A stretch of 64,000 nt of DNA from an uncultured Acidobacteriota bacterium (lineage in GTDB: Bacteria > Acidobacteriota > Thermoanaerobaculia > UBA5066 > DATFVB01): positions 96,001 to 160,000 of the forward strand of contig CAWEYG010000001.1 in assembly GCA_963813155.1 (NCBI GenBank), written 5' to 3'. The notes below the pieces were generated by a model. That model did no database searches, had not been told where the DNA came from, and saw only the letters and a program-made list of their open reading frames with translations. Shown here piece after piece: positions 1 through 9,897 of the stretch. The position numbers were made by a program, and so were the translations under genes. The stretch's first letter is position 1, and every line of letters begins with the position of its first letter.

Positions 1-834
1 GTAAAGGCTCCTTTCCCCCGTCGCGGGATTGCGGGTGAACGCGACGCCGGTCGCGCAGTCGTCTCCGAGATTGCCGAAGACCATCGCCTGCACCGTCACG
101 GCCGTTCCCCAGGACTCGGGAATGTGGTTGAGCTTGCGGTACGCCCTCGCCCGCTCGTTGTCCCACGACTGAAAAACGGCTCCGATCGCGCCCCAGAGCT
201 GCTTGCGCGGATCCTCCGGAAACCGCTTGCCCTGCTTGCGGATGATTTCGAGGTACTTCGTCGAGAGAGCCCGAAGGTCCTGCGCCGAGAGCTCCGCGTC
301 GGTCGCGACGCCGGCGCGCTTGCGCGCAGCCGCGATCGCGTCCTCGAACTTGTTCTTCGGCACTTTCAGCACGACGTCCCCGTACATCGAGATCAGCCGC
401 CGGCGGCAATCGCGCGCGAAGCGCTCCCCCGCCGCGTGTCCGAAGCCGGCCTTCGCCTCGTGCGTGAGCCCGAGGTTCAGGATCGTGTCCATCATTCCGG
501 GCATCGAAGCCGGAGCGCCCGAACGCACCGACACGAGAAGAGGGTTGTCGCCGTCCCCGAAGACTTTGCCGGTCACCTTCTCGAGGCGCGAGAGATGCGC
601 TTCGACCTCGGCTTCGAGCCCGGCCGGATATTTCCCCGTCTTCGAGTACTTCGCGCAGACCGCGGTCGAAATGACGAAGCCCGGAGGCACCGGCACCCCC
701 ATGGAAGTCATCTGGACGAGGCCGTATCCCTTTCCGCCGAGAGTCTCGCGGCCGAGCTTGCGGCCTTCGGTCCCGCCGTCGCCGAAAAAGAAGACCCGCT
801 TTTCCTTCCTCTCCCGCGCCGCCTTTTTCTTCAT
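1..834 (-). CDS. ppdK: Pyruvate, phosphate dikinase, N-terminal part (runs off the window edge)
   Basis: Minus-strand translation read by hand: MKKKAA...RVFFFGDGGTEG...LGGKGYGLVQM...GVPVPPGFVIST...PLLVSVRSGAPASMPGMMDTILNLG...WGTAVTVQAMVFGNLGDDCATGVAFTRNPATGE; these are PPDK motifs. Absent from the ORF track because it is open at the edge. Confidence 0.95.
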   Translation of the reverse strand, partial: MKKKAARERKEKRVFFFGDGGTEGRKLGRETLGGKGYGLVQMTSMGVPVPPGFVISTAVCAKYSKTGKYPAGLEAEVEAHLSRLEKVTGKVFGDGDNPLLVSVRSGAPASMPGMMDTILNLGLTHEAKAGFGHAAGERFARDCRRRLISMYGDVVLKVPKNKFEDAIAAARKRAGVATDAELSAQDLRALSTKYLEIIRKQGKRFPEDPRKQLWGAIGAVFQSWDNERARAYRKLNHIPESWGTAVTVQAMVFGNLGDDCATGVAFTRNPATGERSLY

Positions 835-880
835 CTGTCGTTCCCGTTTCCCGGCCGAATCGGCCGTCGCCGTGCCCGTT

Positions 881-2965
881 CTATTTCTCGACCACGATCT
901 CCGAGATGTCCGCGAAGTTCCGGAATTCCGTCTGGACCGCGGACAGCAGCGCGTGGCGATTGTTCCTCAGCTCCGCTTCCGGCGCGTTGACGAGTACGTC
1001 GGTGAAAAAACGGTCGAGCGCCGGAGCGAGAGAGGTCATGGCGGCGAGCACTTCCACGTAGCGGCAGGATGCCATCAGGCCGCGAACGGACGCCGAGAGC
1101 TGAGCGAAGTCGGCCGCGAGGTTCCGTTCCGCGGGCTCGCGATAGAGAGCCGCATCGGGGTCGCCGAGCGATCCCTTCTCGAGGATCTTGCGAATCCGCT
1201 TGACGGAAAGGGAGAGCGACCGGAAGTCTTCCCGCCGCCGGGCGTCCGCCAGGGCCCGGGCCCGGTCGGAGAGATCTGCGAAATCCCAGGAGCCCCCCGC
1301 GAGCACGGCCGTGACGACGTCGGCGGAAAGGCCGCGCTTCTCGAACAGGAAATGTACGCGGTCGGCCAGGAACTCGAAGAGCTGCCGGAGCGCCTCGTCG
1401 GATTGCGACGTCATCGCGGCCCCGTAAAGCCCGAGGGCCTTCCGAAAGATCAGCTTCCAGTCGGCGCGCCACCCGCGCGAGATCGCGATCGACACGAGAC
1501 CCTGCGCCGCCCGCCGGAGGCCATACGGATCCTTGCTGCCGGTCGGGATCAGGCCGATCCCGAAGAAACCCGCGAGCGTGTCCACCCGGTCGGCGAGCGA
1601 AAGGATCGCCCCGGTCTCGGTGCGCGGGGGCTCGTCGTCGGCGGAAACGGGCTTGTACTGGTCGTAGATCCCCTTCCAGACTTCTTCGGCAGCGCCCTCC
1701 CGCCGGGCATACAGTCCGCCGACGATCCCCTGCAGGTCGGTGAACTCTCGCACCATCGCGGTCGTGAGATCGACCTTGGAGAGTCTCGTGGCTTCGAGCG
1801 CCGTTCGAACCCGTTCCGGCCGGGTCACGAGCGCGCCGATCGCCTCGGAAAGCTCCTGCAGCCGGCCGGTCTTCTGGAGGTAGTCCCCAAGCCGGTCGTG
1901 AAACGAGAGACGCGCGAGCTTTCCGACCTTCGAAGCGAACGGCTCGCGCGTGTCCTCCTGGAAGAAAAATCGAGCGTCGGAAAGGCGCGCGTTCACGACC
2001 CACTCGTTTCCCTTCGCGATCAGGCCCTTCCGGTCCTCCGCCTGGTCCATGACGGCGAGGAAATGCGGCGTCAATCCTTCCCGCCCCCGCACCGGAAGGT
2101 ACTTCTGGTGGACCCGCATCGTCGTGACGAGGACTTCTTCGGGGAGCTCGAGGAACTTCGGATCGAACGTCCCGGAAACCAGGCCCGGCGACTCCACGAG
2201 ATCGGAAAGCGTCGCAATGAGATCCGCGTCCGCCTCGATCGATCCGCCGAGGCCGGTCGCGAGAGCGCGCGCCCGCTCGAGAAGAACCGCGGCCCGCTCG
2301 CCGCCGTCCGGCTCGACACCGGCCGCGCGCAACTTCGCGAGATAGTCGGAAAACGACCCGACCTCGATTTCCCCTTCCGAGAACGCCCGATGGCCGAGCG
2401 TTCGCGATCCCGAGCGAACGCCGAAAATCTCGAACGGCACGACGTCTCCGCCGAAGAGGGCCACGATCCGATGGAGAGGCCGGACGAAAGAATAGGCTCC
2501 CGCGCCCCATCGCATCATTTTCGGAAAGGCGAGAGACGCGACGATCCGGGGAACGAGCTCGCCGAGAATCTCCGGCGTCGATCGGCCGGCGACGGTCTTG
2601 CGCGCGAGGAGCACGTCTCCCTTCGGGCCGCGAACGCGGCGCAGTTCCGACAGGGCGACGCCCTGCGCGCGCGCGAACCCTTCCGCCATCTTCGTGGGCT
2701 TTCCGTCCGGATCGACGGCTTTTTCGGCCGGAGGCCCCATGACTTCGACCGTCCTGTCCTCCTGCCGCCTCGGGAGATTCTCGACGACGACGATGAGACG
2801 GCGCGGCGTCGCGATCGCCTCGATCGAGGACGACGACAGGTTCGCTTCGGCCAGCTCGTCGGAGAACTTCCGGGCCAGGTCCGCGCGAGCGCCGGGAATC
2901 GCGCCCGCCGGCATCTCTTCGACGAGCAGCTCGAGAAAAAAGTCCGAGTGGGAGTCGCGGCTCAT
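881..2965 (-). CDS. glyS: Glycine--tRNA ligase beta subunit
   Basis: [44 protein letters not shown] motifs. The ATG at 2965 overlaps the glyQ TGA (ATGA). Confidence 0.96.
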   Translation of the reverse strand: MSRDSHSDFFLELLVEEMPAGAIPGARADLARKFSDELAEANLSSSSIEAIATPRRLIVVVENLPRRQEDRTVEVMGPPAEKAVDPDGKPTKMAEGFARAQGVALSELRRVRGPKGDVLLARKTVAGRSTPEILGELVPRIVASLAFPKMMRWGAGAYSFVRPLHRIVALFGGDVVPFEIFGVRSGSRTLGHRAFSEGEIEVGSFSDYLAKLRAAGVEPDGGERAAVLLERARALATGLGGSIEADADLIATLSDLVESPGLVSGTFDPKFLELPEEVLVTTMRVHQKYLPVRGREGLTPHFLAVMDQAEDRKGLIAKGNEWVVNARLSDARFFFQEDTREPFASKVGKLARLSFHDRLGDYLQKTGRLQELSEAIGALVTRPERVRTALEATRLSKVDLTTAMVREFTDLQGIVGGLYARREGAAEEVWKGIYDQYKPVSADDEPPRTETGAILSLADRVDTLAGFFGIGLIPTGSKDPYGLRRAAQGLVSIAISRGWRADWKLIFRKALGLYGAAMTSQSDEALRQLFEFLADRVHFLFEKRGLSADVVTAVLAGGSWDFADLSDRARALADARRREDFRSLSLSVKRIRKILEKGSLGDPDAALYREPAERNLAADFAQLSASVRGLMASCRYVEVLAAMTSLAPALDRFFTDVLVNAPEAELRNNRHALLSAVQTEFRNFADISEIVVEK

Positions 2966-3852
2966 GCCGCGCCGACGGGCTCGGGTTGGGCGAGGGGAAA
3001 TCCCTGCTCCTCCCTCGACGCGAGATGAGCCCTCGCGACGGCACACGCGAGATCCCGGACCCTGCGGATCGCGGTGACGCGTTCGGTTGCCGAGATCGCG
3101 CCGCGCGCGTCGAGAAGGTTGAACTGGTGCGAGCAGAGGAGCGCGGCCTCGTACGCGGGAATCACGAGCCCGGCCGCGAGAGCGAGCTTCGCCTCGCGCT
3201 CCGAGCGGTCGAACATCGTCTGAGCCCACTCCGTGTCGGCGATCTCGAAGGCGTACTTCGAAAGCTCGACTTCTTCGTGCCGCCGGATCTGCCCGTACGT
3301 GAGGCGGTCGTTCCAGAGGACGTCGAAGATGGAGCTCGCCTTGCACAGGAACATCGCGATCCGCTCGACGCCGTAGGTGATCTCGGCGGAAACCGGCGCG
3401 AGATCGATCCCGCCGGCCTGCTGGAAATACGTGAACTGGGAAATCTCCATTCCGTCCATGAGGACCTGCCAGCCGACGCCCCAGGCGCCGAGCGTGGGAG
3501 ATTCCCAGTTGTCCTCCTCGAATCGAATGTCATGGTCGGCGAGGTCGACGCCGAGCCGCTGCAGGCTCCTGAGGTAGACGTCCTGCACGTCCTCCGGCGA
3601 GGGCTTGAGAACCACCTGATACTGGAAGTACTTGCCGAGGCGAAAAGGGTTCTCGCCGTAGCGGCCGTCGGCCGGACGGCGCGAGGGCTGGGCATACGCG
3701 CAACGCCACGGTTCGGGCCCGAGAACCCGGAGAAACGTGTCGGGGTGCATCGTCCCCGCGCCCATCGGAAGATCAAACGGCTGCTGGATCAGGCACCCTT
3801 CGGCCTCCCAGAAAGTCTGGAGACCGGAGAGAACTTTTTGAAGCGTGATCAC
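2962..3852 (-). CDS. glyQ: Glycine--tRNA ligase alpha subunit
   Basis: [51 protein letters not shown]. Confidence 0.97.
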   Translation of the reverse strand: MITLQKVLSGLQTFWEAEGCLIQQPFDLPMGAGTMHPDTFLRVLGPEPWRCAYAQPSRRPADGRYGENPFRLGKYFQYQVVLKPSPEDVQDVYLRSLQRLGVDLADHDIRFEEDNWESPTLGAWGVGWQVLMDGMEISQFTYFQQAGGIDLAPVSAEITYGVERIAMFLCKASSIFDVLWNDRLTYGQIRRHEEVELSKYAFEIADTEWAQTMFDRSEREAKLALAAGLVIPAYEAALLCSHQFNLLDARGAISATERVTAIRRVRDLACAVARAHLASREEQGFPLAQPEPVGAA

Positions 3853-3903
3853 GCTTCAAAATATAGCATGTCGCCCCCGCGCGCCGGCGTCGCCGCGGGT
3901 TCC

Positions 3904-4638
3904 TCACCACAACTGCGAGAGCACGCGCTGCGACTTGAGCTCGTGGCCGAGAAAGTGGCGCCGCACCCGCCCGAGAATGTCGCCGATCTCGGGAAGGGAC
4001 GGCCCGCCGATCGCGAGCGCGTCGAGCGGCCGCGAGAGAATCGCCGAAATTCCTTCCGAGGCGGCGCGAGTGAGCTTCCGCGACCCGGGCCGCGCGCATT
4101 CGCCGCCGAGAAATCCGGGGAGCGACTCGTCGAAGTAAAACGGCGCCGCGAGATCGGGCCTCCCGCACTGGGCGCACGCCGAGGGCGGAGGAAGCACTCC
4201 CGAAAGGCGCAGCACCCACGCGTCGAAATACACCGCGACGACGCGGGGCGGCAGGCCGCCGAACAGCGCGTCCATCGCGTGGCGGGCGAGGCGAAAGAAC
4301 TTCTCCGACGGATCCGAATCCGAAACGAACGTGATCAGCGATTCCGCGAGGGCCGAGAGGAGGAGTCCCGTGCGCAGGTCCGAGGCGAGCGGAAACGACG
4401 AGCGCACGAGCTCGAGCGAATCGAGTCGGTGGAGGTCGCGGCCCTCCTTCTCGAAGGAAATCACCTCCGCCTCGCTCATGGGCTCGAGAGCGCCGGAGAA
4501 CGCGCTCTGCAGCCGGCGCGCGCCCCGCGCGACGACGCGCTTCTTTCCGGCTTCTTCCGTCAGCAGCGTCACGATGCGGTCCTTCTCGCGCAGCGGGACC
4601 GCGCTCAGGACGAAGGCTTTGTGGCGGACGAGGGGCAC
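3904..4638 (-). CDS. recO: DNA repair protein RecO
   Basis: EKDRIVTLLTEEAGK..VARGARR, CxxC zinc region, and the common recO-glyQ linkage. Confidence 0.92.
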   Translation of the reverse strand: MPLVRHKAFVLSAVPLREKDRIVTLLTEEAGKKRVVARGARRLQSAFSGALEPMSEAEVISFEKEGRDLHRLDSLELVRSSFPLASDLRTGLLLSALAESLITFVSDSDPSEKFFRLARHAMDALFGGLPPRVVAVYFDAWVLRLSGVLPPPSACAQCGRPDLAAPFYFDESLPGFLGGECARPGSRKLTRAASEGISAILSRPLDALAIGGPSLPEIGDILGRVRRHFLGHELKSQRVLSQLW

Positions 4639-4674
4639 GAGCTCATGCTATCTCGCGGTGATAGCCTGCCCGTC

Positions 4675-5868
4675 ATGGCCGCGACGCGCCGGCGCTTCCT
4701 CGATCTCGACGCGATCGTCATTTCGCTCGGGTTCGTTTCGCTCTTCAACGACATCGCCTCCGAGATGATCTATCCCCTCCTGCCGTCGTTTCTCGCGGTG
4801 ACGCTCGGGGCCGGCCCCGCCGCGATCGGAATCGTCGAGGGCGTCGCCGAATCCACCGCGTCCCTGGGAAAGGGGCTCTTCGGGTGGCTCTCCGACCGCA
4901 GGGGCCGCCGCAAGCCGTTCGTCGCGGCGGGGTACGCGGCGTCGGTCTTCGCGCGTCCCCTCCTTTCCGCCGCCCCCGGCTGGGGAGCGGTTCTCGGAAT
5001 CCGTTTCCTGGATCGCGTCGGAAAGGGCGTCCGGACCGCGCCGCGGGACTCGATGATCGCCGCGGCGGTCGAACCGGGACGGCGCGGCCTCGCTTACGGA
5101 TTCGACCGCGCGATGGACAACGCCGGGGCCATGATCGGACCGCTCGTCGCGGCCCTGCTGCTGCGATTCGCGTTCAAGAGCGTCCGGCCGGTCTTCGCGC
5201 TTTCGATCGTCCCCGGGCTGATCGCCCTCGGATTTCTCCAGTTCGGCGCGAAGGAGAAACATTCGCCTCCGCCGGCCGTGAACGCTCCACGGCCGCCCGG
5301 GGACGGGGCTCTGTCGAGACGCTTTCTCTTCCTGATCGCGATCTTCGCCTTCTTCGGGCTCGCGAGCTCCACCGACGCGTTCCTGCTTCTCCGGGCGCAG
5401 CAGTGCGGAGTTCCCCTCTGGGCGGTGCCCCTGCTGTGGGCCGCTTTCAACGGAGTGAAGGCCGCGGCGAGCACGCCGCTCGGCTCCCTGGCGGATCGAA
5501 TCGGGAGGACTCCCTCGATTCTGCTCGGCTGGGGAGTCTACGCGGGGAGCTATTTCGGCTTCGCCCTCGCGCGCTCGCCGCAGGCGGCCTGGGCGCTTTT
5601 TTTGACTTATGCACTTTTTTACGCCCTGACGGAAGGCCCCGAACGGGCGCTCGTCGCCGGGATGGCCGGGGAGAGCTCCCGAGGGCGGGCATTCGGCCTG
5701 TTCCACATGACGCAGGGAATCGTGGCCCTTCCGGCCTCGGTAGTATTCGGGCTCCTCTGGCGAAAGTTCGGCCCGGCGGTCGCGTTCGAGACGGGCGCGG
5801 CGGTCGCGGCCGCGGCGGCCCTGCTTCTGGCTGTCTTCGCAATCGGACAGTCCCGGGGCAAGAAATGA
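4675..5868 (+). CDS. MFS transporter
   Basis: Multiple TM segments; LGFVSLFNDIASEMIYPLLP, GWLSDRRGRRK and DRVGKGVRTAPRD motifs. Real start is inside the 2986..5868 ORF. Confidence 0.9.
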   Translation: MAATRRRFLDLDAIVISLGFVSLFNDIASEMIYPLLPSFLAVTLGAGPAAIGIVEGVAESTASLGKGLFGWLSDRRGRRKPFVAAGYAASVFARPLLSAAPGWGAVLGIRFLDRVGKGVRTAPRDSMIAAAVEPGRRGLAYGFDRAMDNAGAMIGPLVAALLLRFAFKSVRPVFALSIVPGLIALGFLQFGAKEKHSPPPAVNAPRPPGDGALSRRFLFLIAIFAFFGLASSTDAFLLLRAQQCGVPLWAVPLLWAAFNGVKAAASTPLGSLADRIGRTPSILLGWGVYAGSYFGFALARSPQAAWALFLTYALFYALTEGPERALVAGMAGESSRGRAFGLFHMTQGIVALPASVVFGLLWRKFGPAVAFETGAAVAAAAALLLAVFAIGQSRGKK

Positions 5869-5913
5869 GGAACCTTTTGCGTCCCTCCTCCGTATCAAGG
5901 AGGGGGCAAGGAT

Positions 5914-6429
5914 ATGAAACGTCGCGAGCTCGAAAAAGCGCTGCTAGTCCTGGAAACGACGCCTCTTCTCCTGAAGCAGGTCGAGGGGTTTTCGACCGCT
6001 CGGGCGGCCCGCGACCGCGGGGACGGGGTATCGGCGCGCGACCGGATCTGGGCCCTGGCGCTCCTCGAAAAGGACCTCTGGAACCGGAGCATCCGCCTTC
6101 TCCTCTCGGAGGATTCGCCGCGCCTCCTCGAGGTCTGCGAGCCCGAGATCTTCTTGAGGGCGGCCCGAATGCCGGGAGACCACCGGGAAGCACTGCGCGC
6201 TTTCGGGGTCTTCCGGGGACAAAACGTCCGCCTTCTGAGACAGGTCTCGGGACGCGAATGGGATCGCCGCGGTTTCTTTGAAACGGACCGTCCCTTGATC
6301 CTCCGGGACGTGCCGGCCTCGATGGTGAAAACGGACGAACGACATCAATCGAAGCTCCTCCAGGCCCTCCCGGACGCCGAAAGCCGGCGGGAATCCCGTT
6401 CGACGGCCCTGGCCGGCTTCTGCGCCTGA
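5914..6429 (+). CDS. DinB/YfiT-like four-helix-bundle protein, degenerate
   Basis: LETTP..L, IRLLLSEDSP.L, F...R..NVRLL....REWDRRG, DxxH pattern resembles DinB_2 proteins. AGGAGGGG/AAGGA upstream. Confidence 0.55.
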   Translation: MKRRELEKALLVLETTPLLLKQVEGFSTARAARDRGDGVSARDRIWALALLEKDLWNRSIRLLLSEDSPRLLEVCEPEIFLRAARMPGDHREALRAFGVFRGQNVRLLRQVSGREWDRRGFFETDRPLILRDVPASMVKTDERHQSKLLQALPDAESRRESRSTALAGFCA

Positions 6430-6483
6430 AAAGAGATCGATTCCGCGGTCCGTTCCCCCCACCCCTTCACCCTTTCTTCGAAT

Positions 6484-6499
6484 AGGCATAAGCTTTGCT
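6484..6499 (+). promoter_or_regulatory. Putative sigma-54 (-24/-12) promoter
   Basis: AGGCATAAGCTTTGCT = GG-N10-GC with TTGC, about 55 nt before the ATG at 6555. Confidence 0.65.
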
Positions 6500-6554
6500 C
6501 GGGACTGGCCGTAGGATTTCGTGATTGGATGATGAGAGTACGAAAGGACGCTGC

Positions 6555-7559
6555 ATGAAAAAGACGATTCTTGCCGGAGTCTGTGCCCTGGCCTCGCTTC
6601 CCCTGCTCGCAACGGAGCTCAATCCTTCCCCCAAGACCGTGCGCCCCGCCCAACTGATCGGCGTGCACCGCACGGACGCCGGGCGAGTCCGGCACGCGCT
6701 GGACCCCTCGCAGAACGAGGGAGTCAACGTCGACGTCATCGGCCGCCTGGCGGGCGGCGGAGGCATCCTGTTCAAGACTTCGCTCGACGTCTCGAACAAC
6801 ACGACCGATGCGACGCGAGTGGACTTTTTTGCCGAGCTGAAAGATTCGGCGAACGGAAATTTCTTCGAGGTCACGGGAAGCATCGCGAATTCCGGAGTCA
6901 CCTCTCCGGGCGGCGGCCAGCTCCTGGACCTCTCGGTTGCGCATTTCGACGACTTCATCGACGCGCTTCGGGTATCCGGCGGGGTGAGCGCGCAGGAGGA
7001 GGCGGACGGCCTGCTCGGGTCGCTCGTCCTGGAGTTTTTCGGGTTCTCTCCGGCTCTGGGCAAGGCCTCGGCGGAGGCTCGCTTCTACAGCACGGTCCCC
7101 GCGGGCAATGGATCCTTCTCGGGAGGAACGATCGGCGTCTCGGCGAACGGCCACGAGTTCACCGACTCGGAGCCCACTAGCCTCGTCGGCATCGTCCGCA
7201 ACTCGCTTGGAGAGGCGAACACGCCGCAGATCTACACGAACTTCTTCATCTGCAACGAGGGGTTCGTCGATCCTGTCAACGGCCTCACGGGAAACACGGT
7301 CACGCTCCGACTGACGGGATATTCGAACAAGGACGGCAGCGTCACGGGAACGCTCACGCTTCCCCCGGTCGCGTGGGGCCAGACGACGGTCGTCTCCGAC
7401 GTCTTCACGGCGCTCGGCGGGAATCACGCGAAGGACGACACGCTGCTCGTCTTCGTCGACATCACGAGCGGAAACTCGGCAATCTCCGGTCTCGCTTCGA
7501 AGAACGATAACCTGACGAAGGACCCCTCGGCCGCGCAACTGCGCCCCGCGAATTTCTAG
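6555..7559 (+). CDS. Secreted beta-rich hypothetical protein
   Basis: MKKTILAGVCALASLPLLA signal peptide; GAAAGGA RBS; G/T/N/S-rich beta-strand composition; followed by a terminator. Confidence 0.85.
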   Translation: MKKTILAGVCALASLPLLATELNPSPKTVRPAQLIGVHRTDAGRVRHALDPSQNEGVNVDVIGRLAGGGGILFKTSLDVSNNTTDATRVDFFAELKDSANGNFFEVTGSIANSGVTSPGGGQLLDLSVAHFDDFIDALRVSGGVSAQEEADGLLGSLVLEFFGFSPALGKASAEARFYSTVPAGNGSFSGGTIGVSANGHEFTDSEPTSLVGIVRNSLGEANTPQIYTNFFICNEGFVDPVNGLTGNTVTLRLTGYSNKDGSVTGTLTLPPVAWGQTTVVSDVFTALGGNHAKDDTLLVFVDITSGNSAISGLASKNDNLTKDPSAAQLRPANF

Positions 7560-7581
7560 AAGCTCGGCCTCCGAGATTCTC

Positions 7582-7610
7582 AGGGCCCGCGAGAGCGGGC
7601 CCTTTTTCTT
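7582..7610 (+). terminator. Rho-independent terminator
   Basis: AGGGCCCGC-GAGA-GCGGGCCCT followed by TTTTCTT, between convergent genes. Confidence 0.85.
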
Positions 7611-7612
7611 CG

Positions 7613-9481
7613 CTAGCAGCAGCCGTCCGGCATTTGCGGCGTCCCGACCGCCCCGGAAGACGAGGCCGCTTCTTCCAGAGGCGGCGGCCCGGTCGCCGCG
7701 CCGGGATTCCGCAACAGGCGGCGCCAGACGCGCGCGGACGAGACGAGGATCGAGACGACGCAGACAATCAGCACGGCGGTCAGGGTCGAGTCGAGCCATC
7801 CCGTGAACGCCTTGCCGGGGATCGCCGCCATCGGGAGAAAATTGTCGCGAATCGACAGGATTCCGGCATCGATCGTCGTGAACGAAACGAAAGCGAGGGG
7901 AACGAGAGTCACGAGGGCAGCGCGAGTCCGGCCGCTCTTCAGGATCACGGTCGTTCCGATCGAGAGCGCGATTGCGGCGAGGAGCTGGTTCGCGATCCCG
8001 AACATCGGCCAGATCTGCGAGATCGATCCCGTCAGAATGAAGTAGGTCCAACCTCCCACGACGAGAAGGGTCGCGACGAGAGTCCCGGGAAGCCAGTCGG
8101 TCTTCTCGAATTTCGGAAACGCAAGTCCGAGGAATTCCTGGACCAGGAAGCGTCCCACGCGGGTCCCCGTGTCGATCGTCGTGAGGATGAACAGCGCCTC
8201 GAACATGATCGCGAAGTGGTACCAGTACGACATCAGGCCCTTCAGGAAGGGAAGCCCCGAAAAGATCCGGGCGAACCCGATCGCGAGCGAAACGGCCCCT
8301 CCCGCGCGCCCGGCGACGGATTCCCCGACCTGCCGGGAGAGCTCCGGCAGGTCGACCGGCGTCATCCCGAGCGTCGCGAATTTCGCGGGCGCCACGTTGA
8401 TCGCGAAATAGTCCGCCGGGTGCAGGGAGCACACGGCGACGAGCGCGACGACGCCGACGAGGCCTTCCATCAGCATCGCGCCGTAGCCGATCATCCGCGC
8501 GTCGGATTCGCGGTCGAGCATCTTCGGCGTCGTGCCGGAAGCGACGAGGGCGTGGAACCCCGAGATCGCTCCGCACGCGATCGTGATGAAGACGAACGGA
8601 AAGACCTTTCCGGGGATGATCGGCCCGCCTCCGTGAACGAAAGCCGAGATCGCGGGCGCCTGAATCTTCGGCGCGACGACGAACGCGCCGGCAACGAGGA
8701 CCGCGATCGTCCCGAGCTTCATGTAGCTCGACAGGTAATCGCGCGGACATAGCAGCATCCAGACGGGAAGGACCGACGCGATGAAACCGTACGCGGCCAT
8801 GCCGAAGGTGATCTGCGTGCGCGTCAGGGTGAACGCGGCTTCCATCGGCGAACCGGGGATGAAGCGGCCGAGCACGACGGCCGCGAGCGTGAGGACCACG
8901 CCGATCGCCGAGCCGGAGCGAAGCGCGCCTTTTCTCCAGCGGTACATGTAGAAGCCCACGAAGATCGCGATCGGAATCGTCGCGGCAATCGTGAAGGTCC
9001 CCCAGGGAGACTCCGCGAGCGCGTTGACGACCGCGACGCCGAGGCCTGCGAGCGCGATGACGATGATCGCGAGGATCGCGATCGCCGCCGTCACTCCGGC
9101 CGCTGGCCCGATTTCGCTCCGCGTGATCTCCGCCAGGGACTTTCCCTTCCGGCGAACCGACGCGACGAGAATCACGAAGTCCTGGGTGGCGCCGGCGAAA
9201 ACGACGCCGAACAGGAGCCACAGAAACCCGGGAAGGTAGCCGAACTGCGCCGCGAGGACGGGGCCGATCAAGGGGCCCGCGCCGGCGATTGCGGCGAAAT
9301 GGTGGCCGAAGAGCACGTACTTGTTCGTCGCGACGTAGTTCTTGCCGTCCGCCATCGCGTGCGCCGGGGTCGGCCGCGCGTCCGAAAGTGCGAGAACGCG
9401 CGCCGCCAGGAACGCCGAGTAGTAGCGATACGCGATCGCGAGGACGGCGAGCGCCGCGAGCATCAGCCAGAGCGCGTTCAT
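7613..9481 (-). CDS. cstA: Carbon starvation protein A family transporter
   Basis: [57 protein letters not shown]. Confidence 0.95.
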   Translation of the reverse strand: MNALWLMLAALAVLAIAYRYYSAFLAARVLALSDARPTPAHAMADGKNYVATNKYVLFGHHFAAIAGAGPLIGPVLAAQFGYLPGFLWLLFGVVFAGATQDFVILVASVRRKGKSLAEITRSEIGPAAGVTAAIAILAIIVIALAGLGVAVVNALAESPWGTFTIAATIPIAIFVGFYMYRWRKGALRSGSAIGVVLTLAAVVLGRFIPGSPMEAAFTLTRTQITFGMAAYGFIASVLPVWMLLCPRDYLSSYMKLGTIAVLVAGAFVVAPKIQAPAISAFVHGGGPIIPGKVFPFVFITIACGAISGFHALVASGTTPKMLDRESDARMIGYGAMLMEGLVGVVALVAVCSLHPADYFAINVAPAKFATLGMTPVDLPELSRQVGESVAGRAGGAVSLAIGFARIFSGLPFLKGLMSYWYHFAIMFEALFILTTIDTGTRVGRFLVQEFLGLAFPKFEKTDWLPGTLVATLLVVGGWTYFILTGSISQIWPMFGIANQLLAAIALSIGTTVILKSGRTRAALVTLVPLAFVSFTTIDAGILSIRDNFLPMAAIPGKAFTGWLDSTLTAVLIVCVVSILVSSARVWRRLLRNPGAATGPPPLEEAASSSGAVGTPQMPDGCC

Positions 9482-9522
9482 GGCGCGGCATTATGGCGCA
9501 GAAGGAGCGCTAAGATTCCCTC

Positions 9523-9897
9523 ATGGTTCAGCCTCGCGAATTCCGGTATTCCGACATCCCCTCTGACCCGCGCGAACTTGCGAAGGACTGCGAGATCTCG
9601 TTCTTTCGCGCGTCCGGGCCGGGCGGGCAGCATCGAAACAAGACGGAAACGGCTGTCCGGGTCGTGCACCTGCCCACCGGCGTCATCGCGGCCGCGGTCG
9701 AGGAACGCAGCCAGTCTCGCAACCGCGAGCGGGCATTCGAGCGCCTTCGGGAGAAGCTCATCCGAAAATTGAAGCCGCGAAAGCCGCGCCGGGAAACGAA
9801 AGTCCCGCGGTCGGCGAAGGAAAAACGGCTCGAAGCGAAGATCCGGCGGAGCCGGACGAAAGAATTGAGGTCTATTCCCCGAGCTTCTCTCGATTGA
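9523..9897 (+). CDS. Stand-alone GGQ release-factor-domain protein (ArfB-like ribosome rescue peptidyl-tRNA hydrolase)
   Basis: RASGPGGQHRNKTETAVR, ERSQSRNR, and a basic C-terminal tail (PRKPRRETKVPRSAKEKRL). Confidence 0.85.
   Translation: MVQPREFRYSDIPSDPRELAKDCEISFFRASGPGGQHRNKTETAVRVVHLPTGVIAAAVEERSQSRNRERAFERLREKLIRKLKPRKPRRETKVPRSAKEKRLEAKIRRSRTKELRSIPRASLD

Noticed and set aside
203-3028. Long shadow ORFs (203..3028 +, 831..3044 -, 6345..9491 -, 15031..17613 -, 21181..23583 -, 33354..37442 -, 37531..40167 - and others)
   Set aside because: Antisense or off-frame to well-supported genes, Arg/Pro/Gly-rich and without motifs; expected in high-GC DNA with few stop codons.
3853-3903. T-box or glycine riboswitch upstream of glyQ
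   Set aside because: Only ~50 bp of intergenic space, with a -10 box right before the start.
5864-5882. Sigma-54 promoter before the DinB-like gene (GAGGAACCTTTTGC)
   Set aside because: GG-to-GC spacing is 8 rather than 10.
7613-7625. Selenocysteine at the CstA C-terminus
   Set aside because: The codons are TGC TGC TAG; there is no in-frame TGA.
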